Source of the DNA: a virus
Taxonomy: Duplodnaviria; Heunggongvirae; Uroviricota; Caudoviricetes
Direction: 5' to 3' (one strand)
IMG/VR virus record: IMGVR_UViG_3300048091_000424
Length of the DNA: 48,057 bases
How positions within the stretch are numbered: the stretch's first letter is position 1; every line of letters starts with the position of its first letter. The translations under genes and the position numbers were made by a program. Shown piece after piece: positions 19,543 to 29,463 of the stretch. The notes beneath the pieces were generated by a model, which was given only the letters and a program-made list of their open reading frames with translations, did not search any database and was not told the DNA's origin.

Positions 19543-20022
19543 TTAGTCATCCAGATCGATCATGCCAACGGGTGTGAAAACGTTGTTAATTTGTCCACTT
19601 AGTTCCCCTTCGAGGTCGCCAAGAAAGCAGATTTTCGAGTATTCCGGGGTTTCCTCCAAGAGTGCGATGATTTTGTCCTTGAGCGGAGTTTTGCCCAACT
19701 TCATCTCCTGAACCACGATGGCACCGTTGTTACCCATAGGCAGGTTCTTGAGAGACTCATAGGCTGCTCGCCCTACCAATGTCATTGCTATTCCTTCTGG
19801 TCTAAGTTCGCCACCAGACCAACTGCAGTAAAAAATCCGACCCTTGTACTCGATTTCAAAGACGAAGAACCCCATGGCCTGACCTGGCTCCGTGGGGAAT
19901 GACTCTTTGATTTCGAGTTCCGTCTCTATCGAAATTGTGGAGCCTATGATGAGCTTTGCGTTGATATCCGACATTGATCCGATCCATATTTTACTGGTTT
20001 TTGCGTGGATTGAGCTTAGCAC
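19543..20022 (-). CDS. Hypothetical protein
   Basis: ORF within a run of co-oriented minus-strand genes; start may be 19974. Confidence 0.6.
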   Translation of the reverse strand: MLSSIHAKTSKIWIGSMSDINAKLIIGSTISIETELEIKESFPTEPGQAMGFFVFEIEYKGRIFYCSWSGGELRPEGIAMTLVGRAAYESLKNLPMGNNGAIVVQEMKLGKTPLKDKIIALLEETPEYSKICFLGDLEGELSGQINNVFTPVGMIDLDD

Positions 20023-20055
20023 GTCACCCAGGCTAGCTGGTGCTCCTGGAGGCTT

Positions 20056-20277
20056 TCAGCCAAAGTTACAGGTGAATGGTCGGAGCTTGCTCACATCCAG
20101 TTTGTAGCCCTGGTGAGCCGTCACGTACGCATCGAGAATCCTCTTCTCGAACTTGGGGTACGTGGCCACCAAAGCCTTGAACCGTTCCGAGCGGTACGGC
20201 ACGCAAGCAAGCCCGTCTTCCTTGTCCTGCTTTCCCGCCACCCTCGCCTCGTCTTTCCATTGTTCGTTCATGCTCAC
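20056..20277 (-). CDS. Small hypothetical protein
   Basis: 73-aa ORF fitting the minus-strand operon. Confidence 0.5.
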   Translation of the reverse strand: MSMNEQWKDEARVAGKQDKEDGLACVPYRSERFKALVATYPKFEKRILDAYVTAHQGYKLDVSKLRPFTCNFG

Positions 20278-20318
20278 CTACGATCTCGTTGTCGTTGGAA
20301 TGGCCTGTTTGGTCAAAA

Positions 20319-20783
20319 TCACTGCACTCGGTCGGCGCCGGCGAGCGCACTGGACATGTCCGGAACGAACTTGACCAGGGGCCTTTCCAGCCAGCGCTCC
20401 ATGACGGGGTATTTGATCGGATCAATCTCCAGGCCATTGAGCACGATGTACACGTCAACCCCTGCCGATGCCGCCATGTGCACTTCAATGAACACCCCGG
20501 ATGGGCTGAGCTGCTCGCCGGCGAGGTCGATGACCAGGCGTTCGGATTGAGCAATCTCCTTCTCCAGTCGCTGCCATAGCTCACTCATGACCCAAAGGTC
20601 TGAGATGTGATCAGCGTCCCTGCCGCCGAAGCGGTCAATCCACGTCGAGGTGATTAGATAGCCGTGCTGTTCACGAAGCTGGCGCCAAGCAGCTGGTTTA
20701 GCCGGGGCACCCGACCAGCTGGCAAAATAAGTACCGGCCCGAGCAGGCTTGTGTTCTTGATCTGTGCAGGAGGCCACCTTCAT
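20319..20783 (-). CDS. Nucleoside 2-deoxyribosyltransferase-like protein
   Basis: TYFASW...ITSTWID...EIAQSERLVI...PSGVFIEVHMA..GV.VYIV fits the NDT-like flavodoxin fold with a conserved Glu. Confidence 0.55.
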   Translation of the reverse strand: MKVASCTDQEHKPARAGTYFASWSGAPAKPAAWRQLREQHGYLITSTWIDRFGGRDADHISDLWVMSELWQRLEKEIAQSERLVIDLAGEQLSPSGVFIEVHMAASAGVDVYIVLNGLEIDPIKYPVMERWLERPLVKFVPDMSSALAGADRVQ

Positions 20784-21406
20784 TCCGGCCTGACTTCCAC
20801 GGGCATCCCCGCAGCCATACTGCGGAATCTGCGATAGGTGTAGAGGATCTGTTGAGTTTCAGGATCGGTACACAGGGCAATCATCTCATCCAGATTGTGC
20901 TCTTCCAGGGTTTGTACCCAACGACCAGCATAGGGGCCTGTCTTGACCTTCCCCTTCACTTCGACGGATTGGCTACTGATCTCCAGACGGATGTGCTCAG
21001 TCTCAAGTACGGCGGTCTCGGGAATACGGCCATGTTTTTGAAGCAAGGCGACCGTTCGGTCGAAGTGGCGACGGCGCTTAGCCTCATACAGCTTTGCATG
21101 GATCTTGCCCTGGGAGCCTTCGAGCTTGTACTCCATCAGCGCGATCATACCGACACCGATAGCGAGTGGCACCGGCGCCACCATGAAGGCGATGCTGATG
21201 GGAAATTCGATGTACGGAAGCTCGATCAGGGATCGGCCCAGGTCAACCGCTTTACCCATCTGGCGAACGACTGACCCAACCGCCGCGTCTTTTGCGTCCA
21301 AAGCTGCGTCTCGCACCGAAGCCTTGGTGCTGTCGACCGTGTAAGCCACGTTCTTCTGGACACGTTCAGCGGCGTCCTTGAGTTTGTCTAACGGGTTGAA
21401 CGCCAT
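20780..21406 (-). CDS. Hypothetical membrane protein
   Basis: Hydrophobic hairpin IAFMVAPVPLAIGVGMIALM; 4-bp overlap with the next gene. Confidence 0.65.
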   Translation of the reverse strand: MAFNPLDKLKDAAERVQKNVAYTVDSTKASVRDAALDAKDAAVGSVVRQMGKAVDLGRSLIELPYIEFPISIAFMVAPVPLAIGVGMIALMEYKLEGSQGKIHAKLYEAKRRRHFDRTVALLQKHGRIPETAVLETEHIRLEISSQSVEVKGKVKTGPYAGRWVQTLEEHNLDEMIALCTDPETQQILYTYRRFRSMAAGMPVEVRPE

Positions 21407-21516
21407 TACCCTGCTCACTGTGCGGATTGAACCGTTGCGAAGATTTAAAAGTAACATTTCAGATCAATTGCCAGGCCTTGCAGCTGGCGCTTGCAAGGCC
21501 CTCTTGAGCCGATGGG

Positions 21517-22488
21517 CTACTGCTCCATGCAAAGCTTGGCAATCATCTTCTCTGTGTTGGCTACCTCTTGGGCTATGTCCGTGATAGCCCCAGCCATTGT
21601 TAACAAACCTTGCACGAGGCCGAGCGAGTAGCTTTGACTTTCCAGTGGATAACGATCTAAATCCTCCGCCATCCTCTTACACAGCTCATTGGCGAAGTAG
21701 ACATTCGATAGGTCGGTGCCTTGCGGCTCAGGGATGCCAACATTGGAAATAGTGTGCGAACCCAGTCTTTTGTAGCTGTCCCACCAAGCCGACAACAGAT
21801 GCTTTTCTTTGGCTTTCGTTGGGCCTTCTACCAGGAACTCATCGAGCTCCAGGGGCCTGTTGTAATGGCGCAACACGCCGGCGCAGAACCCAATATTGCG
21901 ATAAATAATGGCATCATTCTTGGGGTTTGCCAGGTTCCACTTCAGCCCAATGCCACTGGCGCAGATCGCCAGGAGATCTTCTTTGCTGCACCCCTTCACC
22001 TGCTCCTCGGTTTCCGGCAGTGTCTCGATGAAGCGCTTGATCTTCTTGAAATAGGCGGCTGGGGTCGCTTCCCGGCCCTGCCCTACTGCCTTGCACTCCA
22101 AAGGGCCTGATGGCTCTTGTGGGCGGCGTACCGGCACCGCCGTGTAATCCTCGTCGATGAAGGCGATGTTGGCCATAGGGTACAGCTTGAGCGCGTTCGA
22201 CGGCATCTTGGCGACAAACATGTCCCGATCATGGCTGGTGCTGTCGGCCTGCAGAGCAATGGGCTCAACCGTGCCGTGCAAGTGGATATTCACGTTCATC
22301 AGCGCCGGCGTGTTACGGGCTTCCATCACTTCCGGCTGAACCTCGATATCGAAGAGATTGGCCAGTGGGAATTTGCGGACGGTATCGTCCTCCCGGTACA
22401 CGCAGTAGCAACCATTTTTGACGTAGGCGTTCTTTGCGTGAATTGTCAGACGCTGGGAGCCTGCTTTCAAACGGATCAACACTTTCAT
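21517..22488 (-). CDS. Hypothetical protein with two tandem ~50-aa N-terminal repeats
   Basis: Repeats end in RKFPLANLFDIE and KLYPMANIAFID; 4-bp overlap with the upstream gene. Confidence 0.7.
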   Translation of the reverse strand: MKVLIRLKAGSQRLTIHAKNAYVKNGCYCVYREDDTVRKFPLANLFDIEVQPEVMEARNTPALMNVNIHLHGTVEPIALQADSTSHDRDMFVAKMPSNALKLYPMANIAFIDEDYTAVPVRRPQEPSGPLECKAVGQGREATPAAYFKKIKRFIETLPETEEQVKGCSKEDLLAICASGIGLKWNLANPKNDAIIYRNIGFCAGVLRHYNRPLELDEFLVEGPTKAKEKHLLSAWWDSYKRLGSHTISNVGIPEPQGTDLSNVYFANELCKRMAEDLDRYPLESQSYSLGLVQGLLTMAGAITDIAQEVANTEKMIAKLCMEQ

Positions 22489-22949
22489 TTCGTTTGCCCT
22501 GGTTTTTCTAGTCTGGTTGGGGTGATAACCACTCTGATCGGGGTCTCATCGATCTCGAAATCAATGGGTTTTGCTGGCGTCCCACTCACGGTTTTGAGGG
22601 TCGACAGAAGCAACCGGTCAGGACTCATCCCCTTCGTGTTGATCCACTTGGTTTTTACGTCCAGGACAACGCGCCCGTTAGGCCACACATAGGGTTTGGC
22701 CACCACGCTGTAACGCACTGGGGTCGACTCTACAAAGTAGGCCGGCTCTCCTACCCTCACCACCTGTGTCAGGCTATGGAGCTTCTTACCCGATTGGTAA
22801 ATGTCAGCTTTGACCTCGACCAATGACCCAGCAATGGCCTTCATCGCCTCGACCCTGGCGTTCTTGGCTGGGTCGTGTGGTGGTTCAATCGGCGCCATGC
22901 TACAACCGGCCAAGGCCAAGGCGGCAATATAGGTTAAATGTTTGATCAT
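22485..22949 (-). CDS. Putative lipoprotein
   Basis: Lipobox LALAG/C after the signal peptide MIKHLTYIAA. Confidence 0.7.
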   Translation of the reverse strand: MIKHLTYIAALALAGCSMAPIEPPHDPAKNARVEAMKAIAGSLVEVKADIYQSGKKLHSLTQVVRVGEPAYFVESTPVRYSVVAKPYVWPNGRVVLDVKTKWINTKGMSPDRLLLSTLKTVSGTPAKPIDFEIDETPIRVVITPTRLEKPGQTK

Positions 22950-23000
22950 TCACGCATCCTCATTTGACCTGCTCCCGCAGGTAACCGGGCACTTCCGCGT

Positions 23001-23249
23001 TTAGTGTGACATCTCTTCCAGAGCTTTCTGGTCAACTGTGAGCCACAAATCGTGCCCTTTGATCGAGGTGCATACCTTGGTCTCATCACCCATTTTCAAC
23101 AGCTCGCCCTGGTGATAAATGACGCCAGCCGCCACACACATGCCAGGCTTCAGGTCGTGAATATCCACGATCTTCTCGCGTTGAGCGGTCTGGGCCATGG
23201 CGGTAAAGGCAATCGTCATGCCGGCAATGCACGCTAGTTGTTTGATCAT
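23001..23249 (-). CDS. Small secreted protein (DUF1496/YnjH-like)
   Basis: Signal peptide (AFTAMA), C..AG..Y..G......C motif; GGAG RBS. Confidence 0.55.
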   Translation of the reverse strand: MIKQLACIAGMTIAFTAMAQTAQREKIVDIHDLKPGMCVAAGVIYHQGELLKMGDETKVCTSIKGHDLWLTVDQKALEEMSH

Positions 23250-23497
23250 GTTGTCTCCATCATTACGTGAGTTGATCCACAGCGCCGCAAAAACAGCACC
23301 ATTGGCAAAGTAAGTTTCTGGCTCAGCGTTTTACTTCGCCGGCCAGGTTTTCGAGTGCAGATAATTAAGATCATGCGCAGTCGGCGGCTTAAATCCGAGC
23401 ACCACATTACCATGATGGCCAGCAGGATGACCACTGAGGCGAATCGATTCATGAGGCCAGCGATCTCCAATCGAAGATCGCCGCCGTTGTCATAGGG

Positions 23498-23929
23498 TTA
23501 GGCGCTTAGCTCTTCTTTAAGCTCTGCAACCCGCAACTCAAGACTGGCCAACATGTCGGGAACACCGTTGATGAATGGTCGATCCTTATACATCAGGAGG
23601 TAGTTCTCCATGACCTGCTTGACTTTAGTGATCTTTTCCTCGGTCGAGAGCACCTTTTCAAAGTCATGAGGCTGGTAGCCGTCCCTCGAGTTGGCCATAA
23701 AGCCATGGGCCCAGTCCTGGGTGTAATCGCACCACGGACAAACCCAGCCTTCGGCGGTCGCAATCAGGACGCCTGTATCGCCACCCTCTTCACCGTGTTG
23801 GCCGTCGCCCCGCTCGGCGCAAGTGAATGGGTGCATGTGCATCCCAAACGCGGTACCGGTCTGATATTCGTTAAGACCTCGCACTTGGGCGGCGGTAAAC
23901 GGGGCTTGTATTCTTTCGAGGGCTGGCAT
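23498..23929 (-). CDS. Hypothetical phage/plasmid protein with Cys/His motifs
   Basis: HPFTC...H...LIAT..GWVCPWCDYTQDWAH. Confidence 0.65.
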   Translation of the reverse strand: MPALERIQAPFTAAQVRGLNEYQTGTAFGMHMHPFTCAERGDGQHGEEGGDTGVLIATAEGWVCPWCDYTQDWAHGFMANSRDGYQPHDFEKVLSTEEKITKVKQVMENYLLMYKDRPFINGVPDMLASLELRVAELKEELSA

Positions 23930-24034
23930 GAACGGGATCCTTCTCTAGTTTGCTTAAAACCACTGGATTTGCAGGGTACAACGAATAGAATAGCTTCTCC
24001 AGACCAACATACGCTCTGCCCTCAGAGGATCGAG

Positions 24035-24790
24035 ATGTCCGGCTTTCGCATGCTCACAGTAAAGCGTATCAAGGGCACCGTTCAGGTTGGATTTACCGAT
24101 CTGGCCACAACGTACGACCCGGTGGCCCAGGTGTTATGGCTGCGGACTGTGCACGCCTCCTACCAGATCGATGGATGCCCAATGCAGTTTGATCAGGCAA
24201 CTCAAGAGTTCCTGACGAATGCTGGCGCCGGCGTACTGCTGGCCATGGCCACCATCTCCTTGCCAGGCCAGCAGCTCATCCAATGGGTTTGCTCGGCCTG
24301 CACATCGCAGGAGCGCAATGATTTTGACTACAACCTTGAGTTGATCGCCCAGGTGCTGGCGCGGGCCAGGGCCATTGATGTGTGCAAGGAGAAACTCAAG
24401 TTCGTGTACACGGTGCGCAAGCCTCGCCCCGACGCCGTGACGTTGATCATGACGCTGCGTTCTGACGTGTATCGCACCTTCGGCCTGCAGGCCGGCTTGC
24501 TGGTGACCAATGCCCTGGTGGCCGCGATCAAGCGGGAACGGCAACTTGTGGTCTACGTGCTCAATCCACCGGTACCCGACGGCTTTGACCGTGCTGCCCT
24601 GCGCCCAGCCGCCAAGTTCGACAGCCACTATGACGCCGACGCTTTGCGGATCTTCATCAACCATGTGCTCAGAATGAGTAGTGATGAGATCAAGGCCAGC
24701 CTGAATTTGATCAAAGCCGTCCGCGACCATTATCTGCACCTCGAGCTTCCAGTACCTACCAACCAACAACAATCAATAGGCCAGGAATGA
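24035..24790 (+). CDS. Hypothetical protein, translationally coupled to the DotL-like gene
   Basis: GAGGA RBS before ATG 24035; the upstream part of the track ORF overlaps a minus-strand gene. ATGA overlap at 24787. Confidence 0.65.
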   Translation: MSGFRMLTVKRIKGTVQVGFTDLATTYDPVAQVLWLRTVHASYQIDGCPMQFDQATQEFLTNAGAGVLLAMATISLPGQQLIQWVCSACTSQERNDFDYNLELIAQVLARARAIDVCKEKLKFVYTVRKPRPDAVTLIMTLRSDVYRTFGLQAGLLVTNALVAAIKRERQLVVYVLNPPVPDGFDRAALRPAAKFDSHYDADALRIFINHVLRMSSDEIKASLNLIKAVRDHYLHLELPVPTNQQQSIGQE

Positions 24791-26052
24791 AACAGACCAA
24801 GCACAAAGTCATGGCCGCAGCGCCACACGTTGTTTTTGCCGATACTCAAAAGCCAAAATCGATCAGGGAGTTCTTTCAGCCGAAATTCTCCTTCGCCCTG
24901 CTCGAAATGAGTTACCCACTGTTGCTGGTCGGCTCATGCGGCTCAGGCCGGACAGCGGTCATTTGCTCACTGCTGGCGCAGAATATTCGCGATGAAATGC
25001 CATTCGTTAGCATCAATGGACAGGGTGACACATCAATATACGGCACCTTGTTCGGCCACGCGGCAAGCCATAACCGTACGGACGATCTTTACCTAATCAA
25101 CTTCACGTGCAGGGAACCCGGCCTCAGCCATACATTTGACCCTATAAACCCTCTAATCGGGGATGAGGAATCGTTCCAGGCAATCTTTGGAACTGACTTC
25201 GGCAAGGTGCTGCACGCCCTCTGTCTGTGTGAGCAGGCCGCAGGCGTTCTGGTTGATGCCGAACGACTAAAGTCTTTCCTTGATCTGGAGCAGTTGGAGC
25301 AGCTCGTCAGCCAAGTTAAATACGATCCAGCCAAGCAGGCCCTGGCTGTCTATGTCAAAAACATAAGCGACGACCGTTATATCAAGACGGCAGTGATGGC
25401 GCATGCGGAGAACATCGCCAGAACAGAGCTGCTTATCGATCTCATGCAAAAATACCCGGTTTGTTCGACCAAGCCAGACATCAACTTTGCCCAGGTGTAC
25501 AAGAACAATAAATTCTTGCTGATCAGCCTACCGGCGCTTGAAAAGGATCCGGATGTCTTAGGTATTCTGAACACCCTCTTCGCCTGCCTGCTATCCCGAG
25601 TGACCGATCAATTTCCAAAAGCCTCAGCACACCCTGCAGTGATATTTGACGCCACCTTTGACCTTCAGGTGTTGAGCCCAGCCGTGCTGTCTCGTTACGC
25701 CAGAACCAATACGGTCTTTGCTTATTCTGATTTTCCATCTGAAGGCAGGCCAAGATACCTGACATTCAAGGGAATTACTCAGATGGCGGGAGCGGTCATC
25801 AACATGAGAAGCGATGCATCTATTCCTGATTCGATACGCGTATCAGCCTGGGAGCACCGGGTAGATCGCAAAGTCCGCGAGGGCTCCTTTTGTTCATTGC
25901 AGCCAGGTCATAGCATCGCCTGGGGATCTATTGGGGTTATCCGGAAGAAGGCCATGCGCAAGCTCGTCGGTGATGCGGGGTTCGTCTTTCGCCGCGTCGA
26001 CGCTCCCCGTGCAGAATTCATCTCGCTGTCGAAGAGGCCGTTGGACATGTAA
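24787..26052 (+). CDS. Degenerate DotL/IcmO (TrbC-like type IVB coupling protein) homolog
   Basis: LLVGSCGSGRT...INGQGDTSIY...RTDDLYLINF and INFAQV..N.KFLLISLPALEKDPD align with DotL GSTGSGKT...VDGKGD.SL...REDDLLLINF and LLPALEKSPD. No N-terminal TM segments. Confidence 0.75.
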   Translation: MKQTKHKVMAAAPHVVFADTQKPKSIREFFQPKFSFALLEMSYPLLLVGSCGSGRTAVICSLLAQNIRDEMPFVSINGQGDTSIYGTLFGHAASHNRTDDLYLINFTCREPGLSHTFDPINPLIGDEESFQAIFGTDFGKVLHALCLCEQAAGVLVDAERLKSFLDLEQLEQLVSQVKYDPAKQALAVYVKNISDDRYIKTAVMAHAENIARTELLIDLMQKYPVCSTKPDINFAQVYKNNKFLLISLPALEKDPDVLGILNTLFACLLSRVTDQFPKASAHPAVIFDATFDLQVLSPAVLSRYARTNTVFAYSDFPSEGRPRYLTFKGITQMAGAVINMRSDASIPDSIRVSAWEHRVDRKVREGSFCSLQPGHSIAWGSIGVIRKKAMRKLVGDAGFVFRRVDAPRAEFISLSKRPLDM

Positions 26053-26217
26053 CTGGCTAAGCCGCCACTTACAAGGGATGTTCAGCCCCAACGGATCGAC
26101 TTGACACACAGCTGACGGTTTTGAGATTGTGGGTTTCTCGGCGGGGAATGCTGGAGCAGTACCGGAACCTCGCGACGGCCATTGGGCATATACTGCAGAA
26201 GAAATCGAAACACCGAG

Positions 26218-26242
26218 AACCGCCTCATGAGGGCGGTTTTTT
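26218..26242 (+). terminator. Intrinsic terminator
   Basis: AACCGCC-TCATGAG-GGCGGTT followed by a T run. Confidence 0.7.
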
Positions 26243-26343
26243 ATTGCCTGCGAACCCTCATCCATGTCCGCTCATGTCAGTTCACTTTCGCATCCGGCGA
26301 TTGGCCGCTATTCTCCCAGCCACTCAATCACAGGTACACGCCC

Positions 26344-27369
26344 ATGGCGACTCCCGACAAATCCGCCATAACGCCCAAAAAACTCGAGCGAATTTATGAC
26401 GTCGTCGCGGCAGCTGGTATCGATGTCAGTGCCTGGCACAAAGGCAGCGGCGAGTATTCGACCAATCCGAACTTCTGCTACCGCTGGGCCTTTGTTGGGG
26501 ACAAAACGGCGCTGCTCTGCTTGTGGGTACATGCCATTGAATGGGTGGACGGCGGCTGGGTGTGTGAAGGTAATGCACGGGAAGATCAAATAGCGCGTGC
26601 GGCTGCCGGCGCCGACCACTGGGATTCAGCCGTACGTAATCGCACGAAACGCTGGGCCAATAGCGCTCAACAGATGGAGGAAGTCCTGAAGGACGCCTAC
26701 CGGAATAAACTGGAAGTCCGAGTCTGCATCGTGGCGACCCGCGCCAGAGCAACCGAATTCGAAGCGGCCACTGCAGATTTCCGGGCCCTCGATCCAATTC
26801 CTTGGAATCTGACGTACGACATGATGACCGGGAATTACGTCGTTCGCCGCAGTGCGGAGCCGCACACAACTGAGCAGCAGGAAGATATTCAGGCGTCAGA
26901 AGCTCCTCTGGCCACCTCAGACGACGAAGTAGCCATCGATCCACCCCATGAGTCGATTGAAGCGCCAGCGCTGCCAGAGATCACTGCGACGTCCTATGGC
27001 GTTGGCGTCGTAGATCAGTTCGTCATCAATGAAAATCAGCGCGACCCTGTCCTCGTGGAGCGCTATGAGCGCGAGCGGTCTGCCGTGGTTCGGCAGCTGG
27101 TCATGGCAAGGTCTAACGGATGCTGCGAGTGGTGCGGCCAGCCGGGCTTCAAAAAACACGATGGCCAGATCTATCTGGAGAGCCACCACGTGGTGCCGCT
27201 CTACCAGGACGGAGATGACACCATCGAAAATGTGATCGCCCTATGTCCCAACGATCACCGGATGGCACACTTCGGTGAGCACCGCGACGACCTGGCCATC
27301 GAGATGCTAATCCGGGTAGAAGAACGCCTTAACGCGGCTTGCTTGCAGGGCAATGCTAGTCAGGGTTGA
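26344..27369 (+). CDS. McrA-like HNH endonuclease with an N-terminal recognition domain
   Basis: RERSAVVRQLVMARSNGCCEWC...YLESHHVVPL..DGDDTIENVIALCPNDHRMAHFG is an McrA-type HNH C-terminus. Confidence 0.8.
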   Translation: MATPDKSAITPKKLERIYDVVAAAGIDVSAWHKGSGEYSTNPNFCYRWAFVGDKTALLCLWVHAIEWVDGGWVCEGNAREDQIARAAAGADHWDSAVRNRTKRWANSAQQMEEVLKDAYRNKLEVRVCIVATRARATEFEAATADFRALDPIPWNLTYDMMTGNYVVRRSAEPHTTEQQEDIQASEAPLATSDDEVAIDPPHESIEAPALPEITATSYGVGVVDQFVINENQRDPVLVERYERERSAVVRQLVMARSNGCCEWCGQPGFKKHDGQIYLESHHVVPLYQDGDDTIENVIALCPNDHRMAHFGEHRDDLAIEMLIRVEERLNAACLQGNASQG

Positions 27370-27941
27370 AAATCATCGTCGGCATCCACGCTTTTTGGTT
27401 TTCGCACTGCTACCGCTTCGGCACCGATGTTTTTGCTCTTAGGTGTTGATGAAAATCCCGAAGTCAGCGCATCGGTGAGTATCTGTAGCGAGCTGTCCCT
27501 ACCCTTGTAAGGCGCTAAATGCGAGTAGTCAACCAACCGGGAAGTATCTGGATTGCGATCACTGAAAATTTCCGGCTGCTCGGGTTCCCTGGCTAAAACG
27601 ATAAGGTCAACATCGGCGGCCAAGCTTTTGCCGTCGACCGTTCCGTGATTAAGGGCTTCTAGCGCAAAATCCCTCCACGCTTCGTATTCAGCTTCATCCT
27701 GAAGCGTCGAGTCAATTGGTATAACCAGGGCTCGGCGCTTTGTTGGATCGGTACTATCGCTCAGGTACGGCCTCCAGCCATCGGTATCCTTCCGATGACT
27801 GAGTTCACTAGCACTTCTCATTACGTCAAATTTCAGAATATCCCCATATATATTCTCGTCCCCATATACCTTTGGGAGAACGTCAAATAAAACACCAAAA
27901 TGGGGGCCGTACTCGTCGTGGCTTTTAATTAAAAATCTCAT
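27360..27941 (-). CDS. Hypothetical protein with DADDDFQP tail
   Basis: 193-aa ORF with an RBS (GGAG) upstream. Confidence 0.7.
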   Translation of the reverse strand: MRFLIKSHDEYGPHFGVLFDVLPKVYGDENIYGDILKFDVMRSASELSHRKDTDGWRPYLSDSTDPTKRRALVIPIDSTLQDEAEYEAWRDFALEALNHGTVDGKSLAADVDLIVLAREPEQPEIFSDRNPDTSRLVDYSHLAPYKGRDSSLQILTDALTSGFSSTPKSKNIGAEAVAVRKPKSVDADDDFQP

Positions 27942-28230
27942 TTCTGCTCCGTCGGAAGACTTCTTTAAGCCCTGAGTGTTTTTTTACTTTATACGGGGCC
28001 TGGTGAGCCACACAAGCGACCCCCAGGCGTCATCGACGCCAGTCAGTAGCTGGATCAGATACCGGTAAGCAACCTAGTCCTCTTCGAGGAGGTGACGATT
28101 CCTCTCTTTGCATGCCTTCAGCAGGCCATGCCCATACTGCTGACTACAGTCGCCCAAGCCATTCTTTTCCGGTTCTGGCACCTGGTATAGTGACAATACT
28201 GCTGTGTGAATTGAAGCTCGGGAGCTGAGC

Positions 28231-29037
28231 ATGTCTTATACGAAAATCATCGCTAAACAAAACGGTGAAAGAGCAAGAATTGTCGTTACTGACTACGCGA
28301 TGCCAGGCTTCCCAACCAGCATCGGCGTTGACGTCTTTAAGCAACATACGGACGGCGTAAATTGGGTTATTTGCACACAAGATCCAGATGCTGCAAAAGC
28401 AGCCAAGGCCATGAGCGTTGCCGACTATGTTAAACATGGCCGTCACCCCATGTTCAGTGAAGTGACCCACGCCGATTTGCTGAAGGCTCAGTCTGAGGCC
28501 AAGCGCTTCGGTTACAACAATCCTCTCATAGAAACAACCCTTCACATCACGCATCCCGATGGTACCGAGGCTACGATTCCTGTCATTGTCCACACGGGGG
28601 ATGGCCGGCTGGAAGACCCAGCGACTGAGAGCTATCTGCGCAGCCCTGAGTCAGTAGAGAAAAAGGAACGCGAGAAAGGTTTATACCGCGTCAAGGTAGA
28701 AGGTACCTGGACAGTCGCCGAGTTCCATCCTGCCGAGACCCATCGTCCAGAACGCTGGTTATGGGCCGGTGGATTGATTTACAGCGAGGAGCTTGACGAG
28801 ATCTCTGATGAGCGCATTCCAATGCCTGACGATCTTCAGGAACTGGAGATGGTCTCGGACACCTCCAAAAAAGCGGTAGTTATGCATCTCAACATCGGTG
28901 AAAAACAGTACAGGGTAGAGACCACAACCTGGCAGCAGTGCCGTGTGGTGGATTTACCTGAGCTGCAGCAATTTCTAGCACGCCCGGAGCCAAAGCAAGA
29001 AAAGGATGCTTCCGAGAGCTTTAACGGCCCATCTTGA
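28231..29037 (+). CDS. Hypothetical protein with ESFNGPS tail
   Basis: GGGAG RBS; appears to be a mosaic of short domains. Confidence 0.7.
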   Translation: MSYTKIIAKQNGERARIVVTDYAMPGFPTSIGVDVFKQHTDGVNWVICTQDPDAAKAAKAMSVADYVKHGRHPMFSEVTHADLLKAQSEAKRFGYNNPLIETTLHITHPDGTEATIPVIVHTGDGRLEDPATESYLRSPESVEKKEREKGLYRVKVEGTWTVAEFHPAETHRPERWLWAGGLIYSEELDEISDERIPMPDDLQELEMVSDTSKKAVVMHLNIGEKQYRVETTTWQQCRVVDLPELQQFLARPEPKQEKDASESFNGPS

Positions 29038-29130
29038 TGGCCTAATGATTCACTTGATCCATAATCGGAGCGCCAGCCCCCACGCCTCAGAGTATCTCTG
29101 TTTACTGTTCGCCAGGGGGCTGGTCACACC

Positions 29131-29463
29131 CTATTCAGTGTTTTCCAGCGCCAGCAGCTGCTTGCACGTGTCGAGCGATTTGAAGCTCGCGTCCACCGAC
29201 TGAAAATCCGCCTTATCAACCAAAAAGACCTTTCCATCCTTGGCTCTAAGCAGGAACACAGTCAGACACAGGCCAGTCCCCAGCCATAACACGCCCTTCT
29301 CTTGGAGGTCGCGCTCCTCGGTGTACTCCACCATATCCTTGGCGGTGAACAACACGCCCTGCTCTGCTTGTACACCCTTGGGGTTTTCAGAGAAATGCAC
29401 CAGCAACTCTGCTGGCGCCGGCGTACCGTAATTCTTCTCAAACCACTTAGGGAACGTTTTCAT
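29131..29463 (-). CDS. SMI1/KNR4 (SUKH)-like protein
   Basis: P..LL.HF...G...LF...M.E...L.LGT...FLL...GKVF......SF..L pattern. Confidence 0.45.
   Translation of the reverse strand: MKTFPKWFEKNYGTPAPAELLVHFSENPKGVQAEQGVLFTAKDMVEYTEERDLQEKGVLWLGTGLCLTVFLLRAKDGKVFLVDKADFQSVDASFKSLDTCKQLLALENTE

Noticed and set aside
23666-24034. 5' extension of the 374-aa ORF
   Set aside because: Overlaps the minus-strand gene 23498..23929; a better start with RBS lies at 24035.
26101-26242. Possible sRNA between a TTGACA hexamer and the terminator
   Set aside because: No convincing -10 element; the terminator is adequately explained by the upstream DotL-like operon.
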